DNA of 64,000 nt, from contig NC_088862.1 in the NCBI RefSeq assembly GCF_963853765.1, positions 930,001-994,000 on the forward strand. The letters run 5' to 3'. This DNA is from Magallana gigas. Taxonomy: Eukaryota. A program made the translations under genes and the position numbers. Positions within the stretch are counted from its first letter, which is position 1. Every line of letters begins with the position of its first letter. A model generated the notes under the pieces. The model saw nothing but the letters and a program-made list of their open reading frames with translations. It was not told the origin of the DNA and ran no database searches. Shown here in pieces: positions 59,290 to 64,000 of this stretch.

Positions 59290-61017
59290 ATGGCCGAAAT
59301 GGAGATTAATGTGCCTGACTTTTTAGAATTTTCTAACGAAATCGATGATATAACATTATCACAAATATGTTAAGCGGTTGAGAATGAGGAGTACACTATC
59401 GACGAATTGGAAAATATGAGTATTTCACAGACCACTCATACATCGTGTCCTGATGAGAACGCTCCCATAGACATCGACGTTGGAGATTTTTATATCACTG
59501 GAATTCTCGATAGCCTGTTCAAAGAAGAAGCGATGACTGAAGTTCCCCCAGAAAATCCACAATTACAGAGAAGATTTGCTGTCCCTATTGATGAAAATGA
59601 AATTAAACTTCTCAATGAGGATCAATAGCGCAAAAACACCAAGGCAAACACTAGATGGGCCGTCGGCGTGTGGAGGAAATGGCGGGAGGAGCGAAACGGA
59701 CTTTCAAATAGTACTGGAAATGTTATCCCTGAATTGTCAAAAATGGACGCGGCATGCCTGGATTTCTGGTTACAGAGATTTTTGATGGAATTATTTGATT
59801 ATATTATCTTGCATGCGGTTTGCTTCGACATTTGTGTGACATTGAAATATTTGGAAAGAACTTCCTTGACCATAATGACGATAGATTTGCACGAACACGC
59901 AAGGTACTCGACGCCAGAATGAAAAGTCTTGTCGCTCAAGGGATAGGAACAACTACGCGACAGGCTGACCCCATATTGCCAGAACAAGAGGACATATTGT
60001 GGGAAAAAGAAGCAGTTCCGCTAAGTCCGTACAAAACACTGTTTTCCTACGCATGTAAAGTGTTCGGTCTTCGTGGATGTGATGAACATCGTGAACTTAT
60101 GTGTGAACAGTTTATTCTCAACTCCGACGATCAGGGAAAATTCATTCAGTTCGTGGGCAGGCAAAGCAAAACCTACCAAGGAGGACTACGACAGATGCAG
60201 CTGAGCAATAAGAACACCAAGCATTACTGTACATCAGGTAAGTTCATTCCTTAACCCTTTTAAAAGTTTATATATATATTGTACATTTTACTGCATACTA
60301 CTATACGCGGATCCAGAGAATTGTGTTTTCCGCGGGGGGGGGGGGGTATTTTATTTCCATACACCCCCTCTAGATCTCTAGATCCGCGCATGGTTTGTGT
60401 ATATTTTATGGTATCAATAATTTTTTCCTCAATTTATAATGTCTAATTACAGGTGAAAGAAGCCTATGTACGATTTTCGACTTGTACCTTACAGCATTGG
60501 GCAACACTGGAATCTTTTACCGACGACCTTTACCTGGTCCTGAGATAAGATATGGTACCCAAGCTCTTGGAATTAACAAATTGAAGTCTATGATGAAGGA
60601 GGTGTGTGCAGCCGGAGGCTTAAAGGGCAACTTCACAAATTACTCGGGGAAAAGAACATACGCAACACAGATGTTTATTTATCCGGAATTGACGAACAAG
60701 AAATAATGTCGCGTACAGGCCATCGTTCCGAAAAAGCAGTTAGAAAGTACAAGAGATCATCTGGTGAAATACAAGAAAAAGTGAGCTCTGTCCTGGATCC
60801 ACCAGCACCTAAAAAGGTCAAACCAGAGTCACCGCCTTCCACATGTACCGGTACACGTACTACTGCTGAGAATGTGTCTGCAACGAAAGTGTGTGCAGAT
60901 ATCGATGTTGCTAAGCCGAAATGCTTTGTACCCCAACAAAGCCGAAATGCATTAAAAGAAATATTTGAAAATTCAACATATTTCCAAAATTGCCAGATAT
61001 CATTTAATTTTAATTGA
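59290..61017 (+). pseudogene. Crypton-type tyrosine recombinase (DUF3504 / ZMYM-QRICH1-KCTD1-like), one intron (60238-60452), disrupted
   Basis: KNTKANTRWAV..W, LDFWLQRF, VFGLRGCDEHR, SKTYQGGL, YRRPL, LGINKL, TNYSGKRT, IMSRTGHRSEKAVRKYKR (R-K-HxxR-H-Y set). In-frame stops and frameshifts. Confidence 0.85.
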
Positions 61018-61429
61018 TTTGTGTCTTGTTAAATATTTCTCTGTTTTCTGAGCACATGAATGCTTGATCTTGCTTGAATTATTTTCAATGCACGTATTGA
61101 TGCTGGAACTTTTCATTACTTTATACAATTTTGTTGGGTTTCTTTAAAATGATTAAATTGATTTTTAAAAAATGTGTGTTTCATGTTTGTGACATGGAAG
61201 TTATTGTACAGTACTGTGGAAGTTATTGTACAGTCAAGCCCCGCCTACTTGAAGTTATTGTATGTTGGAATTGTGCCAAAGGCTTTCTGTCTGATTTAAA
61301 GAATTGGCAACATCAAAGGAAAAAGTACCGCACCATGACACGATGTGCTTTGCTGTACATGTCGGCCCCCAAATAGCGATAATACCTTTTGGAGAAATTT
61401 ATCCTAGTCCACGGAAAAAACATCTGATC

Positions 61430-62270
61430 ATTCTGATAAAATTATTTTAGTTTGTGATCTAAATGTTGATTTTCTAAATATCCCACACACTCACTCATTC
61501 CTTGATTTACTCTCTAGCCACTTTTTAGAAAACACAATCACCGAGAGTCACACAAAACACGAGCACACTCATCGACCCAATTTTAATAACACGTGACATC
61601 CCAGTTTTTGAGTCGGGTGTTTTAAATGTGGATCATTCCGTTAGTGACCACAAAGCTACATGTTTGTGTCAAAACAAATTTAAATCTCAACTGAGCTTAC
61701 AAGCGCAAAGTTTGGCTTTATAAAAATGCTGATTTTGACAGACTTAATTCTCTTATTACCAATACCGACTGGGAAACATTAATAATGAGGACCGATAATG
61801 TACATAATGCTACTGTTAAGTTTTCACATACATTTTTTTCTCATATTAGGGAATCCATTCCAGAAAAATTAATAACTATACGACCAAAGGATAAACCATG
61901 GTTCGACTCGGCTCTGCGTAAAGAAATAAGTTTACGAAATCGTTTAAGGAAAATTGCAATGAAATCAAATAACGCTTTAGATATGCAAAAGTTTAAAAAA
62001 TCACGCAATAAAGTAAATAATATGAAAAAGTATGCCATTAATAATTACTATAATAATTTGGAGCTCAGCTTATTAGATTCAAGTAAGAATAATCCAAAAC
62101 TCTATTGGAGATTATTGAAGAACGTTTTTAATATTAAAATGTCTACTGAATTCCTCCATTGCAATTTACCTTGAAAACGGGTGAACAATCGATAGCTTAT
62201 TCCAATGCAGAAAAGGCTGAAGTTCTGAACGATTATTTTTCTTCTATTTCATATTTAGATGACAATGAAG
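61430..62270 (+). pseudogene. CR1/L2-type LINE ORF2 fragment (APE C-terminus and linker)
   Basis: IILVCDLNVDF, STLIDPI, SDHKA, YKNADFDRL, RPKDKPWFDSALRKEI, NPKLYWRLLK, EKAEVLNDYFSSI. Confidence 0.8.
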
Positions 62271-64000
62271 TCAATGTCTGATGGCCTCTTGCTTATAAAC
62301 CGCTTTATACAAAACTAATAAATATTGAATTTGTTCCTTAAATAAGCTGCATGTATTTATTCTATTTTTTTTTTTATCAGAAACGGAAACGGTAAATATA
62401 CAAGCTGTTGATGTTTTTAATTTCGAACTAGAAGATGCCAAAATACCACCAGTGAGTTTTTTTCATTTCTTAAGCAATATTAACTTATTACTTGCAAATA
62501 CACGCTCTGTGTGAGTGCAAGATGACGTCACGTCAATGTCTTAGTAACTTGTTTCAAATCAAGTTTGGTTCTTTAAATACTATTTAAGCATATGAAACGA
62601 TATAACTTTTTATTAAAAAAAATATAGCTGTGCTATAGGTAATACGATCCACCAGCTGGACTGACAACCATTAAACCTAAACCACACTGCTGTTCCAGCC
62701 TATGCAGGAGAGTGGCCATAAACTGGAAAAATTCTGAGCGTGCACCCAGACACTGTAACATTATAATGGTACAATGCATCCAAGACAACTTTTTTAGACA
62801 CCATGTACCTTACGAATAAAAGGCATGAAGGGAAAGACGGAATAATTAGAGGAAAACATGAATGGTCGTTATATCACTCTAACGTCGACGGGGCATATAT
62901 ACAATTATTGCCATTGAATTAAAATACTTCATTATTTTTCGTTCGATTTGTGAAACACTAATAAAAGCACTCCAAATTAAATTCATTTCTAGATTATAAA
63001 TATTTATTTGAATATATATTGTGTATAAATTTCTTTAATAGTTGTAGGTCTTTAATTGTTTTCTCTTTTTAAATCAAACTTAAAACCAGCTGATCATACT
63101 CCGCATGTACTTATTATTATATAATATATCTTTCCTCTGCGTCCGTCTCTCTGTCCCACTTCAGTTTTCAACATTTTTTTTACTTAATGCGTTTGAGAAA
63201 TAATAATAAAACTGACTGAACTGTCTCACAATTTAATTAATCTATATAAAGATTCACATGTTTACATGTACAACATTTTTCTTTTCTTTTTTTTGTTTCA
63301 ATTCAAGATTGACTTTAGGGGGAGCATAAAGGGAAAGCGGTTATTAAGATCAAAATTCCATCTAGATATGAAGATTTTTAAGCTCTAGATAGAGCTGTAC
63401 CAAATGAAGAATAGAAAACTAGAGGAATAAACTGGTGCGTTGAGCGTGAGAGACTACTGGTAGACTAAATAAAAATAGAAAACATGGAGGAACAAGCAGA
63501 TTTAAACGGGTGGAGGGTGGAGAATACTTGTTAACTAGTAAATAAAAGATTAATAAGAGTAAACTGGTGCGATGAAACTGCGGAAATACTAGAATGGCAC
63601 CCACGATTGTCATTCTCCGGGTTGTTTACCAGGGGCTGGAGATCTGGTCCTGACCACTAAGTCGACTGACCAGTATCCAGTCCCTAGATTGGATAAAAAT
63701 TCCATGTTTCGGTACAGCCGTAAAAATCAGAAGAAAACTTGAAATTTTATATTTTAAAATAATCTATCTATCAAAAATAAATACCGTTTTTATGTATGTT
63801 TAACTTATATTGTTATTCATAAAATTATTTTAAAAGTCATCTTAGTCTATTTCTTTAATTTAGTTTGAGTTGAAAACCTTTTCCATTGTAACATTGTCTT
63901 AAATATTGAAATGTTTTACCTGTGTTTAACTAAATGACTGGGCGGTGGCCCTGATTAATAGTTTGACCTGGGACTGAAATTTTTTTTTTAAATCGAGTCG

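Overview
AT-rich eukaryotic DNA, almost entirely transposon-derived. It is probably from an oyster (Crassostrea/Magallana), inferred from a 166-bp Cg170-like satellite array inside a Helentron-type element at 56.7-58.0 kb. I recognise no intact host gene. Main components: (1) a decayed tyrosine-recombinase + SET-domain gene (3.9-5.4 kb) and an N-terminal piece of a probable relative (10-12 kb); (2) a very young 5.07-kb LTR retroelement with identical LTRs, tRNA-Lys PBS and PPT, encoding only Gag-like ORFs and no pol (12.6-17.7 kb); (3) an internally deleted L1/Tx1-type LINE (24.4-25.8 kb); (4) a near-complete but disrupted R2 retrotransposon with no rDNA around it (27.0-30.6 kb), plus three more R2-derived pieces; (5) a ~0.9-kb non-coding R2-like unit (51.7-52.7 kb) with a recognisable HDV-like ribozyme core, bracketed by degenerate 28S rRNA R2-target sequences; (6) Penelope, MULE, CR1 and Crypton (DUF3504-type) remnants; (7) many Helentron/DINE-like non-autonomous elements, fold-back MITEs and a Kolobok-like MITE; (8) scattered, mutually homologous fragments of an unclassified compact multi-ORF cassette. 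All calls come from reading motifs by eye; no database searches or folding programs were run.
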